A stretch of 64,000 nt of DNA, from positions 8,742,001-8,806,000 of the forward strand of contig CM120643.1 in assembly GCA_051362555.1 (NCBI GenBank). The letters are read 5' to 3'. Under the pieces are notes generated by a model, which saw only the letters and a list, made by a program, of their open reading frames with translations, ran no database searches and was not told the DNA's origin. Origin of the DNA: Lingula anatina (taxonomy: Eukaryota; Animalia; Brachiopoda). Of the stretch, positions 51,354 through 63,700 are shown piece after piece. Each line of letters begins with the position of its first letter. The first letter of the stretch is position 1. The translations under genes were made by a program, and so were the position numbers.

Positions 51354-54300
51354 GGCGAATGTGTATGTGGATATCAAGGGGATATGTGGTAGCCAGGACA
51401 GAGTTGGTACTATTGGACTCTGTACTATATAATACATTTGCAAGTTTTCAGGATTATGCCTGATTTCACGGTTTTCAGTCTTCATTTTGATAGTTTTTTT
51501 CACATGATCTAAGTGCACTGAGAAATGGCAAACTACATTTTTAGGATAATCAATTTTTACAATTTTCACCCATGCATTTGTTATTATTATATTTTAGTAT
51601 TTATAAGGAAGGGTCGTGATGGCAAGGCAGAGCTGGTACTGTTGGACCATGGACTATATGAGTATCTGCATCCTAAGGACAGGGTAGCTCTCAGTCACCT
51701 CTACAAGGCTATAGTGCTCAAAGATGAAGAAAACATGAAGTATTACTCTGAGCAACTTTCAGTTAAAGGTATTTAACTTATTAATTTCCACACATTCCAC
51801 TCTAATTTCCACATTAATTTCCACTCTTTTTCATATATTTTTTAAAGTTCTGCAAACAATTTGTTTTAAATGAAGATAAGTGGTTTTATCAAGGGTAATT
51901 TTAATATGTATGGATGCATTTAAATGTTGGTCCCTGATCCAGCATCTACAGTAAGTGTTCTAGAGTAGAACTGATCATAGAGTATAATTGTACCCCAGTC
52001 TTGATTTTACACATATACCATATGTCCCAGAGTATTTGAGTTAACTGATATACTTCCAGAGTAGTACGGGTTTAACTTTGCCCATAAACTCTGTCCCAGA
52101 GTTTTCTTCTTTGACTTTTAAGTTAAAACACATATACTCTAGAGAACCTATTATAGTACTGGTTTAACTTGACACATAAACTCTATGTCCCAGAGTATTA
52201 CTGGTTTAACTTGACACATAAACTCTATGTCCCAGAGTATTACTGGTTTAATTTGACACATAAACTCTATGTCCCAGAGTATTACTGGTGTAACTTTACA
52301 CATAAACTCTTTATGTCCCAGAGTATTACTGGTTTAACTTGATGCATAAACTCTATGTCCCAGAGTATTACTGGTGTAACTTGATACATAAACTCTATAT
52401 CCCAGAGTATTACTGGTTTAACTTGACACATAAACTCTATGTCCCAGAGTATTACTGGTTTGCCTGTATGCTGGTACAGAGACTGGTGCCTCTGCCAAGC
52501 AAGTTAAAGCTGAGGGTGACCCACTATACCAGGAAAGAGTGGAAACAACTGCCAGAAGAGGAGAAAGAGAGACTGCGAGCCATTGCCAAGGGCGTACATG
52601 ATGACATTTTGCAGATATTCCATGACATGCCTCACTCTTTGTGGTTTATATTTCGGTAAGGGGTCCTGACCCATGGTTGTTTGCACCGAGGACAGACTAG
52701 GTTTTGTTGGGATGTCATGACGATATGACAGGCACTGTAGTGATGGGACAGAATGAGAGCTAGGTCTCCTGCTTCTGATACAGTTGTAGCAGTTTTCTGT
52801 GAGGGTCGTGAAGTCATGGCGGGGCAAAAGGAACTTGTGATGCTTGGGTCACTTTTATGGTTCCAGTGATAGCTAGACCTGAGTGATCAGATTGAGAACT
52901 GCCTCCATTTAAACTGAATAGATAAACCCTTCGGGTATCCTTCCTAATTTGTTATGAGATGGATAATATAGGAAAATTGAATCTCATGCCAATTCCAATT
53001 TCCTTAACTGGAAACAAGATTTTATAATAAATAATCTCAACACCTGGTCAAAGGTCTACATCATGGAATCCCCAAAGGCTTCATTGAGAATATATGAGCA
53101 ATACTTATCAATACCAGTATAGTGAAACCTTTCACTTTTCAGACCATAACCTATTTTGTGAAATCCTGGTCCAACGCCCGGTGAAACGCAACACATTTTT
53201 CCTACCCAGTAAAATGACCGAGGAAGATGTGCGCTACATGCAGAACATGGCCAAAGATCACTTTGATCAAGTCATGGCCGTCCTCCGTGACATGCCGAGG
53301 TGTATGTTACTTATGATCAGGTGGGTGGGGGCTTAAATTATATTAACGCCTTTGATAGACTCGTTTATGCCCTGTGTTATTGCATTTACGCCCTAACAAG
53401 AAAGTTTTTTTTTTTTTTGCTGATTCACCTTGTATTTTGCTTTTGGTCTGTAGATGGCGAAAATTTTAAAGTTAAAAGATGGCAACATATAATATCTCCA
53501 ATAAAATGCTCACTCTTTTTTTGTCCTCGAAGATTTGCTTGCTTTGTCTTTTGTTATCATTTGGCAGCTGCTTCGCTCTTCGTTTTTTGCCTCATTTATT
53601 TTCTACTGCAACTGAATTCCCATAATGTTCATTTAGGAATTAGTTCTCTTAGATGTGCTGTAAAGCATGTTTGAAGGAGCTTTAGCTCAATTATGTTCTG
53701 ATGGAATCACTCAAGCTCTTAGTAAAGACAAATTGTGTTCTTTTTATTACCAGGATTTCACTTTTATTAATTTGTTTATTTTAATAAAAGGATTCACTTT
53801 TTGATTGTGCTTTCATAAATAATCAGTCACTATTGATAAACCTAGGAATGATAATAAATTTTCAGTTATGTTCCATATGATCTAAGAGCAGAAAGGGGGG
53901 GGGGGGGGAGCAGGGGCGGATTGAGACCGTCTTCTGGGTCTTCCGGAAGACCGTCAGGTTTTTAAGTTTACGTTGACAGGTATACATTTTTTTCTGTCGG
54001 AAGACGGTCAAAAATGGAAGATGGACTAACAAAGATAATTTGGAAGACTGTCAGAAAATATGTCTGGATCCGCCCCTGGGGGAGAATGGCTTATTTGCAG
54101 CTCTGTCCTGTTTCTCTCATTCTGTCCCATGTGCTGTGTTTTCAGCCTGTCAAGCACTCGCTTTAAATGTTGTATATCACAAAATATGGTAAAAATTGAC
54201 AAATTAAAGGACTTTTTACTTAAATAACTGACTGATTAGTTGGCAGTCTTTCAACATACATATTTAATACCAGGGAGCCTTCACCTCTTGTATGGGAAAT

Positions 54301-56545
54301 CTCCCAATTAGTTTAAATTTATATTCTGTTATATTCATTATCTTGATGTCATACGTGCTAATTTCCAAAATGTATTTATTTTATCATAAAATCTATATTA
54401 TGTGATCATCAACTTTGTTTCAGAAACTTGAACACCATACGAGCTATCAACCGTATCCATGGGCACCCTGTGGACAGATATACTATTATGGCTAGGAGGT
54501 AATTTTTATACACTCTTAGGTAACATTTCCATTCCTAGATTGATCTAACAGGATCGATTCAACTCTGAGAGATTTTATGTGGCTTGGATTTCTGGCACGC
54601 CTATTGAAGCTGTTAGGGGTAACTATTGTAACTATTGTTTAGCAGCTTCAGTAGGCGTGCCAGACATCTAAGCCACTTAAGCTGAATGTAATTTAGCGAG
54701 AAACTCCTGGGAAGATGGATTGATCCTGTTAGATCGATCTAGGTATGTGAATGGGGACTCAGGGCACATTCAGTACAATTAGATCCGTGGACGAAGAGCG
54801 CATTCAGAACAGTGGACTAACAGATCCGTGGATCAAATATGGCTGACCCACTTGAATGCTTGTTGCTTAATCCCTGTGGGGAATCTATCCAGTGTCTAAT
54901 CGGAGAATTAAAGCTTTAAAGCTTGCTGCATAATCCAAATAGGCACTGAATAGATTCCCTGCGAGGATTACGCGGCAAGCTTTCAATTGGGTACAACATA
55001 TTTGATTTGTGGATATGTTTGTCTGCTGGTCAACTTTGGTTGAGAATTTGGCCGTAATAAGACTAATTCTATCAGTGTGCTATTATAAATATAAGAGCAC
55101 ATACCAGGTCATAGAAATAGTATACTGTCATTTGTCTAAAATCATAGAAGTTTTTTCCTAATAGGAATTTTCAGAAGAGGTACAGAAAGTGTGTATTAGT
55201 AATGTTATTTAGTATTCTTAAATGTGCTTTATGAGCTGCCGTAGGACAGTAAATATTATAGGCCAATGTTATCTTTCCAGTGCTATCAAGGGCTGCCATG
55301 TGTCAGAGGGACAGAGGATAGGACTGCTAGGGACAGTCAGGACCCTGTGGGAGAGATGTGTGCTGGACTACAGTTTATTGTGAGTTGGAGTCACATTGGA
55401 AAAATGTACATGTGATGCTGATAATATTCCACAAAAATATACTCTTCTGGCATGTATTTAGAAATTTCATTGCCATTCCATTTGGTGGACTTTCAGTTAA
55501 GATCAAGAGATGAAATGCCATGAAGATTGTACAGTTATATTATAAAGTGATAAGTGTGATTAGTATTAATTTTTTTAGTTCTTATGAGATATGAAAAGAT
55601 CAGACATGAGCCTAGGTTAAAAAAAAAAAACTCTGAACATTTAACACGTACTCTAACCCAACACCTAACCGGCCAGAGGTCAGGGGTGCCTTAGAATTTA
55701 ATTTAAAAACACGGAATTCCACGATTCTGCGGAAAAAGCTCATGTCTGAGAGATGTCTGTACAAAAAGAAGGGTACAGATAATAGGAAGGGAAAAACCGT
55801 GTGGAATAGCCCATGGAGATTTTGCTTTAAATACCAGGAGGCATAAATATTATTTTTATATTATCTGAAAAAATCATTTTTGTTTGATCTGTGGTTGTTT
55901 CACCTTTTTTTGTGGTAATTTCAGGTCAGAGCGCTTTAAGTTTTGGATAATTGTGAAATACATCCAAGTGATGCATTACCTCGGTAAGATACCAGATGTG
56001 ATATCCATGATCCAGGAACAGGAAAGAAAGTAAGCAATTTCTTCATTAAGTTGTGAACTGGTTTACAGTAAAAACTTGAAAATGTCCTCACTTAAAATTA
56101 ATGAATATCTTCAAATGCTTAAATCTGACTTGTCCATATGAGATAGCAAACTTTTCAAAATTATCGAGAGGCCCATTTTCAAGTTTGATGAAATTTTCAA
56201 AGTGTAAAAAATTATGTTGGCAGAGAATAGTCTTCTGACAAAATTTTCACGACCCACTTAATTTTCAAGTTTTTACTGTATATCTTCATGTTCATCTTCT
56301 TCTATGTGTCAGTATATTTGCCAGCTTTGCTTTATAGTTAATTTTGGTAAACGTCCCTATGATCAAATAAATATTGCTGCTCAGCTTCCAGATATCTATC
56401 TATCTGAAGATTATAAATGTAAAATTTTTTCATGACTTTGATAAATTTATATTAAAACTAGCTTGTAATATAACATTTCCTTGGTATTTCATGTTTGTTT
56501 TGATCGTTCATATTTGATAAATATTTTAGGTATGAGAGATTATGA
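46288..56545 (+). CDS. ADCK5: aarF domain-containing kinase 5-like (UbiB/ABC1 atypical kinase), 15 exons, ~597 aa
   Basis: Exons 46288-46386, 47180-47409, 47725-47791, 48097-48297, 48742-48882, 49503-49616, 49937-50068, 50621-50704, 51015-51096, 51598-51768, 53143-53320 (or 52448-52655), 54424-54498, 55281-55379, 55925-56029, 56530-56545. Motifs [10 protein letters not shown] (KxGQ), [40 protein letters not shown]; [10 protein letters not shown] and [17 protein letters not shown] are as I recall for ADCK5 rather than ADCK1; basic mitochondrial-presequence-like N-terminus. Confidence 0.92.
48451..48665. mobile_element. PIF/Harbinger-type MITE in ADCK5 intron 4
   Basis: ~38-bp TIR gagggcattcacaacagatgat...atcatctgttgtgaatgccctc with TTA target duplication. 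Confidence 0.8.
48979..49282. mobile_element. Foldback MITE in ADCK5 intron 5
   Basis: Arms of ~125 bp nearly complementary (gagttgagccaggctttacaaatcctggggactaaatatggc / gccatatttagtccccaggatttgtaaagcctggctcaactc). Confidence 0.85.
50076..50214. mobile_element. CAG...CTG MITE with 6-bp TSD (TATTAC)
   Basis: TIR cagtcatgagc/gctcatgtctg; tattac on both sides; inverted relative at 55601-55748. Confidence 0.75.
52020..52461 (+). repeat. 42-bp tandem repeat spanning a splice acceptor
   Basis: taaactctatgtcccagagtattactggtttaacttgacaca x7 (52158-52461) plus degenerate upstream copies. Confidence 0.92.
52448..52655 (+). CDS. ADCK5: Alternative (putatively mutually exclusive) ADCK5 exon 11a
   Basis: cccag acceptor, GTAAG donor, open frame, phase 1-2 identical to exon 53143-53320, with aligned LVQR, AK, DMP and terminal R. 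Confidence 0.75.
53911..54078. mobile_element. MITE with CAGGGGCGGAT TIRs (second copy)
   Basis: Collinear with 45654-45820; ggggag on both flanks. Confidence 0.8.
55601..55748. mobile_element. Same MITE family as 50076-50214, opposite orientation
   Basis: cagacatgagcctaggttaaaa...gcggaaaaagctcatgtctg; flanks aaagat/agagat. Confidence 0.75.
56066..56278. mobile_element. Tc1/mariner-type MITE
   Basis: TIR cagtaaaaacttgaaaat...attttcaagtttttactg flanked by TA/TA. Confidence 0.7.
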
Positions 56546-59500
56546 TCCCATTCACAGAAAAATGACATATGTGACTTCCACTGCCTCCAACTCACCAGAG
56601 GAAAAAGATTTATGGATAGTAGAATTTCTCACCTCACCAGCGGGATAAAATGATTCATTAGTGGATATGAATATTTAACGAATGGCCAACACACATATTT
56701 AATAATTTATTCTTCAAAATGATATATTGGTTCTTTTGACCGCCAGTGCCCTCAGCTTTCTGCTGTAATTTTATGGTTTATGACTAGATGGAGAATATAC
56801 CTACATATTTTTAGAACGACATTTATTGCGACTGTTCACAATTTTTTCAATGGTGCATTACCATTACTAATGAGATTGGTCTTTGGAGTGGATTAAAAGA
56901 GGAAATACATGAAGCAGGGACCTGACTTCAAAGTATATTGGTGTTACTAAAAGTAAATAGCTAAAGATGGGGTACACTCTGCTGTACTCTGTATAAGATA
57001 TCATTCCCATACCCTATTGAACTAGCAGGATCGATCTATCACTGAGGGGTTTCTTGCTAAATTGCATTTAGTTTAAGCCTGCACAAAAGCCAATTACCCC
57101 CCTGGCAGCTTTAGTGGGCGTGACAGACATTTAAGCTGCTTAAACTGAATGCAATTTAGCCAGAATCCTCTCCGAATTAGATCAATCCTGCTAGTACGAT
57201 AGGGTTATGGGAACCCAGTCTAAGAGTTAAACAGCGTAGATGCTCTACAGACTGCATTTTATACATACAGAAGAATCTGTATACATGTGTTTCAATTATT
57301 CAGAACCTCGTTAAAACGTACTTTGATAGGTGTGGGATGTGTGTGAATTGGTGAAATAGGATAGGAAAGTTGCTTTCTTTGCAGGAAGCTTTTTTATTTC
57401 CTGCTGCAATCAATTTTGTATTGAAGTCATTCAGATTGAGATTTTTCTCGTAAGTGGCATTGGTTTGGATTACCCTGAGGTTCAGAGTTTTTGGAATGGG
57501 ATTGCTCTACCTCCCATACACAATCACCCCGAGTTTCAGAGCATTTACAATGACTTCTTTCGACAGAATGCTGTCTGTAATCCAGAATCACTGACTTTTC
57601 TCTACCTGGACAATTTTTAGTCTCATTAAAAGAGGGGATAACTCCCCCCCCCCCCCATTATGCCGTAACATGTACTGTGGTATACTTTGTGAGGCAGAAA
57701 TTGTAACACAAACCAATGCTAACTCGAATCTCTTTTATGGAAACCCTCCGCTGTGTATTATACATGTAAGTGTTAACTGTATGTTGTTGATGTACGTGTA
57801 ATCACTTGTGAATAGTTATCAACTATTTTGAAAATGGAATCAGATTAAAAGACTTCTTTGAGAAACATGCTGAGATTAAACTATTATACTTGACCGTAGA
57901 CTTAATGTTATTACACTGTAAAATATTTTTTATGTAAATGATGTGGAAGTGCACAATTAATATTAAATGATGTGTTTCTTGCCATTATGACAGATCTTAT
58001 ACAGTCTTAATTATTTATTTTGGCAGATTGGGTTTTTAGTCAAAATTCAGGGTAAGAACGGGTCAGCTGGATGCTCACTGTAGTGACTTGCAATCAGTAA
58101 TTTATAGCATGACTATGAAACTCAAACAATACATTTTATTGACTATTTATAATAGAAATGATAGTTTAAGTATTTATTCATTGCAAGCATGTGCTGTAAG
58201 ATGTTTATTACATACAAAAACTGTTACATAGAAAATAAACTCCCTATTTTGAAGAAGTGGAATTCTTGTAATGGTGTACGTGAATCTCTCTCTCTCTCTC
58301 ACTCTCTCTCTCTCATGAATTTAATTAAGAAGCTGTATCCTAAACAGTAATTAATGTACTATACAGCGAAATGTTAACATGAAATAGATAACGTCTTTCA
58401 GGACTCACCAGTTTTTCCACACGGAAAAGCCTCATTTCAAAACCTTAATAAACTAAAGTCTCTTTAAAAAGGAAAATCGACTTGTAAATGAAAATAAACA
58501 TTAATTATCATCTGGTAAATTTAACAGTAAGTACCAATGCAATATGTTACAAGTAATCCTAATGGAACAATACTTGATCAAAACAAATTATTGCAAGGAG
58601 CATGCGGATGCGGCAATGATTGTTTCGCTGACAAACACAGATAGCGCCACATATCGATCGCATTGTGTCGCCTCGCAGAACTCCCTTGTCCAAACAAGTC
58701 GATGCCGTGTACCCTGCTAAATAGCACAACTTACTCGGATGTAATACCGCCGATTACATACTGAAAAGGTTAGGTTGGCTGTGCCAGGGCTTTGGATAAG
58801 AACGTCGATATCTGCGCTTTGCTTTTATCATCTTTTTCTCGGTGTCGCGCTCTGCTTTTGTTTGACTGTTAGCACGATAAATGTGGCTTGATATAATGGC
58901 GTTTGTTCTGCCACGCAGCATTGATCTGTACGTTTATTTTATTTGGCAGTTTTAGATAAGTGCAAAGTACGTTTCCGACCAATTCTCTTCCTTGTAAAAG
59001 GGCCAAAAAATAAAAATGCAAAGTATCGTTTGTCCTTTTTACAAGGTATGTTATGCTTTCATTGGGGTCAACACATCTTACGATATAATCCACGGAAATT
59101 AAGGATGGATGTTGAATCAAACGAGATTGAACATCTTGTTGCATACGTAACCTAAAATATTAAAACACAAATCGGTGTCTAAAAAGTTGTCTAAATTTAG
59201 ATGTTGAAACACAAAGCAGGTTTGATTTTTGCCTTGACGACGCGCGGAAGGTTTTTTTTTTATCGGACAGGGTCAATATTCAATGGGAAAACGGCATATT
59301 TTACTGACTTTAAGCTCGGTTTATTTTACCGGCGGGGCGTTCCGCAAAACGTCGTTGATGTCAGCACCGACTATCAGTAAAAAGGTGATCACTGAAGCGC
59401 ACTGGCACTGTTTCATTATATCGAACTTGCACCCTCTTCTACAGGCTCAAGCTTATACAATCGCCAGATCCAGACAAGCTGGCAAAAACAACAATGATAA

Positions 59501-60196
59501 TAATAACATATTTATAGTCTAAAATCCATAAAATGTTCAGTAGATTTTACAACGTATAAAATTGATAAAAGTCTATAACTAAGAATGATTAGGAGTTAAG
59601 TGGTACATATAATAAAAATTTGACTATAGGAAAAGTAATTAAAAGTACCGTTCTGATCTCTCAATGGATTATATTTACTCGTCTGTCAAAAGTTTCCTCT
59701 TACCTGTATTTTAAAAACATTTTAATAAACTCTATCTAGCATCTCAAAAGTTTTTTTTTTGTCTGTCCTTATGTTATCTGTTTATTTACCTAAAACAAAG
59801 TTTAAGACCTTGCCTCAAATTTGACTCAAAGAACACGAGTTTTTAGCTCCCAGTCTTTTTATAAAATTAAAACAGATGAAGCTTTATTATAGTTAACCCG
59901 AAGATTGATTGCTACATTATCCGGTTGCGCCGCTTGTTTTCTGACGTGTAAAAGTACGTCAACCGCCATCTCTGCTGCTGCAGAGGGTATGACGGTGGAT
60001 ATCGAACCGAGTCGCTATTTGTTCATAAGACTTCATTGTTTGAATAATTAATGCGCCACACACGCCTTGCGTCTCTCATTTGAACACATGATTAAGCTAT
60101 CTGTCACAAACACATATCTCTTTAAGCAGAACAGAGGCCGTGCGCTCTCCAGAAGCATGGTAGATTGAAGAAATACTGAAACAGCATTCGGATAAA

Positions 60197-60788
60197 ATGA
60201 AGCCATCAACGCACTTTACACTGGTGGCGTCTTTCTTGGCGCTCCTGGTAAGTTTTGTTTGACTATTTTTTGTAGTGAATTTCTCTCCGCCGAGAGCAGA
60301 TTTCTGTCAGTGTACGTGGAGTTTTTTTTGTATAGAATAAGTTGAAATGTAGCACATGGATGATTTTACGCAGTGAGTTAATTTAACATGAAATTTGAGT
60401 GTCACTTACATTGCGTCTTGTTCAAATAATCCATGAAAAACAACTTAAAGGGTTTACTAATGGAATTTACAAAACGTATATAACGAAAGGATGTAATGTT
60501 TGTACCTGAAGAAGCATTGAAATGTACAAAAATTAACGGTGAAAATTAACGATGAACAAATCATAACAGATTTGAACCCAAGAAAAACAGATCAGCAATC
60601 AAAATCAGATCAAAATCAGATCTTACGAAATTGTCAAATAAAATAAATTCTTTAAACATGTTTCTGTTGATTTTACGGCTATGATGATTGTGCTTTTTTC
60701 ATTATACTTCATGTTGCCGAATTGAAAAGGAAAGCTTTTATCTAAATTGCATTTTATCTATTTCAGATCCTCATTTCACGAGCTCAAG
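60197..60788 (+). CDS. 5' end of a probable secreted-protein gene (signal peptide over two exons); rest not identified in window
   Basis: Exon 60197-60247 MKPSTHFTLVASFLALL with GTAAG donor (phase 0); exon 60767-60788 after tttcag, ILISRAQ-G with GTAGG donor (phase 1). Joined peptide reads as a signal peptide; CpG-rich surroundings. Confidence 0.62.
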
Positions 60789-63700
60789 GTAGGTTGCTCA
60801 GAATGAACCGATGTTAAAAGTTATTACCAGATAAATATATAAAATGCAATTGCCTGTTAGAACAGGATCATAAAGTTATATTATATTATATTGGCATTTA
60901 CTAGTGGCTAAGTTGGGCATAACGTTTTAATGCTTATTCATAATGATAAAACATAGGGCCTATTCCCAGAGCTTTTAGATCGATCTATCCCCGCGGGGAG
61001 TCTCACTAGATTACTGTCAGCTAATCCGGCTTAAATGTCCGTCCCGCCTACTACAAGCTGTAAGGGGGTAATTAACTTTCGTGCCCGCTCGGCTGACAGC
61101 TATTTAGCGTGAACCCCCAGGGAGTTAGGTCGATCTAAAGTAGATCGATCTAATCTCTGGGAATGGGGTCATAGATGGGGTAAATATGCATTTATAAATT
61201 AATTCATTCGTTTATTGGTTTATCTTACTAGAATTTGTTACATCAACGAGCCCAGCTCAATTTAGGAAATATCTTGTCTCATTCGAACATCTTACTTGAT
61301 TTCATACCGCGTTTCTATTTAGTTTAATAACTCCTGTCACTTCGACTTTTTAATGTTTACGTAAGTGCCTCATCTCAGAATTAGGCTTATCGTCCTAATG
61401 TGAACATTTTTAAAATAAAAGATATGCCATCACAAGAACATTACCGTCGAATCGAGAACTTAAACGCAGTGGGGATAGGTAGAGAAATAAAACACCGTTT
61501 TGCCTCCCTATAATGGGGAGGTTTGAACGCATTTTGAAAATTTTCTCTGCCTTCGAACTGATATAGCAGTTAGCAGCTACATGTAGAAGAGCCTCTGGTT
61601 GAAAGAACATTTCAACTGAGCTTATTAGACTATACGGGGGTCTGAGGGCGTGCCTCATTGGCATTGATTGTGATGAACGGTAGCTACTGTACCGTAATGT
61701 AACTGTTCATAGATGTTTAAGCTTGATGATATTGTTGATAAACACTACAATTATCATAAGTAATCAGTCGAGATCACTACAAACACCGACGTCACCTACC
61801 GGTGCTACTATTTAGTACTAGTCTTAACCACTTATTTTACGTTCGCGCCATGGTACCGCAGTTTGAGTCGTTAATTCGGCGTTCATGACCACAAATCCAC
61901 AAGCTTCTCTTTATGTCTCCTTTTTAACCCAAGCGAAAGTATAAGTGAAGGATAAGCACAAATATGGTGTTCGAAATTTGGCCGGTAGAGGTTGCTTTTA
62001 TTGAAAGGTCCCTCTAGTAAAAAAAATAGTGTTAGTTATTATTTAATAGCATTAGATAATATTGAATTAATTAAGTAATGTTATAGCAAATAAATATCAA
62101 AACAAATAGTGCACATATATTATTTTCATTTGTTGTGTTGTAAAGAGGCCAAAAATTAAAACCAGGAAAGAATGAAAAATTCAAAGCAAAATAACGTAAG
62201 CCGAAATAATGCAAGCCAAAATATATGCATATTAATATGCATATATGAATATATGTACAAACGGAAGCCAAGAAAGTTATTCGCCAATATTATAAAGCCG
62301 AAATGAAGCCATCGAGCACCAACAAAAAATTCTTCATATCCCGACCCATCAGTCAGCCAAACAACGGTGCATTCGTCACACATCTGCATAGAAATCTTGC
62401 CTTCCTAAACAAACACTGAACAGCATTTAATGGGAATATTCACAATTTATTACGTTACATGGTGCAAAACTGCCTCGGTCTGAAATTAAGATGACTAAAA
62501 CTGTCAATTTTATACTAGGCCGATTTAACTTGCGTAGAATCATATGTTGGAAAAATCTAATTATCACAGTGTGTGGAACTTACTTGCATTTGGTTAATTT
62601 TTCTGTTAACATCCACATGGTTTCACATGCATTCAGAACTGTGGTGAACATTATGCTGCGTAATGCAGTGATCTTCTAGTTCCATGGTCTTTAAACTTGG
62701 GAAAGATGACCAGGCAGCGTCTGAAGTGGAATAGGAGTAGAAATATCAAAAGAAAAAAGAAAAATGCCGATTTAAAACCCATCATCAAGTTAGTTACATT
62801 ATCAAAACAATTATAAATACAAATGTATTTTGAAAGTTACAAGAATGTCCGTTAGTGAATGAAGATCGAGTTACTTTGATATCACTGCCAATATACAGGG
62901 AATAGACGACTCAGTTAGATAAATTGTAGGCCAAATTGCTGACCAATGAAAAACATTATTTTTAATATCAACTGCGTTCAGTCTAATAAACGATTTGACC
63001 GCATAAATACCGTTGACATACCGAAGTAAGCTATTGTCACAATTGTGATTTGATGAGGATGCAAAGACACATTAGGCCAATAATGGGCCTTAGGCTTTCG
63101 TTGTGGAACTTAATGAAAAAGAAGTTAGTGGCCTTTAAGGTATTTTTTCTAAACACATCTTAGTCGGCTAAAATGGTATACACTAAACAGTTTTTTATAT
63201 ACTAAGCAGGTTAATTTTGGACTAAATTTTTTTTTGTGAAACGAGATTAGGGCTATTCAATAATTTCCTTAATTGCTGTTGACCGTCCACTGGTCAAAGG
63301 CATGGTTATCGACCGCCCTAAAACCTAACTCTCGCTTTGTCTCCGCCGCACCAACAGAATATCCGCAGTAGTCAGAAGTCCATTAAAATGTTACCAAGTA
63401 TGGCACGTACAAATCGAATGCTGTCATTTAACGTGGTGTTAAGGATCGATACCGGCGGAAGATGCATATTTTCCTGAAATTAATCCCACTTAAAACGCGG
63501 TTCACTTCGCAGCTTGACATCGATACGTTTTAAACTGGTACAATAGTTCCAATTAGTTTCTGAACATTGGTTTCCTGTTGTTTCGACGAACCTGGCAACC
63601 GCGATTAATGGTAGTTCATGGAATACTGTATACCGCCATGCACCAAGTATTGAACTAGCGACAGTCAGACACGTTCACATCAGGACCAGAATGATCCTGA

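Larger units (their letters stand above)
54527..61170. mobile_element. Palindromic ~220-bp MITE family (copies ~54527-54758, ~57002-57214, ~60956-61170; fragment ~23000-23055)
   Basis: Each has inverted ends containing gatcgatcta/tagatcgatc and a related core (ggcgtg.cagacat.taagc). Confidence 0.65.

Noticed and set aside
52158-52461. CRISPR-like regular repeats (also 4081-4402 and 42536-43000)
   Set aside because: No unique spacers, no cas genes, eukaryotic intronic context.
58230-58500. AATAAA hexamers as the ADCK5 polyadenylation signal
   Set aside because: Common by chance in AT-rich DNA; cannot be assigned without transcript data.
61428-61675. Possible element with catcacaa/ttgtgatg ends and an internal hairpin
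   Set aside because: Inverted match is only ~8 bp, single copy, no TSD seen.
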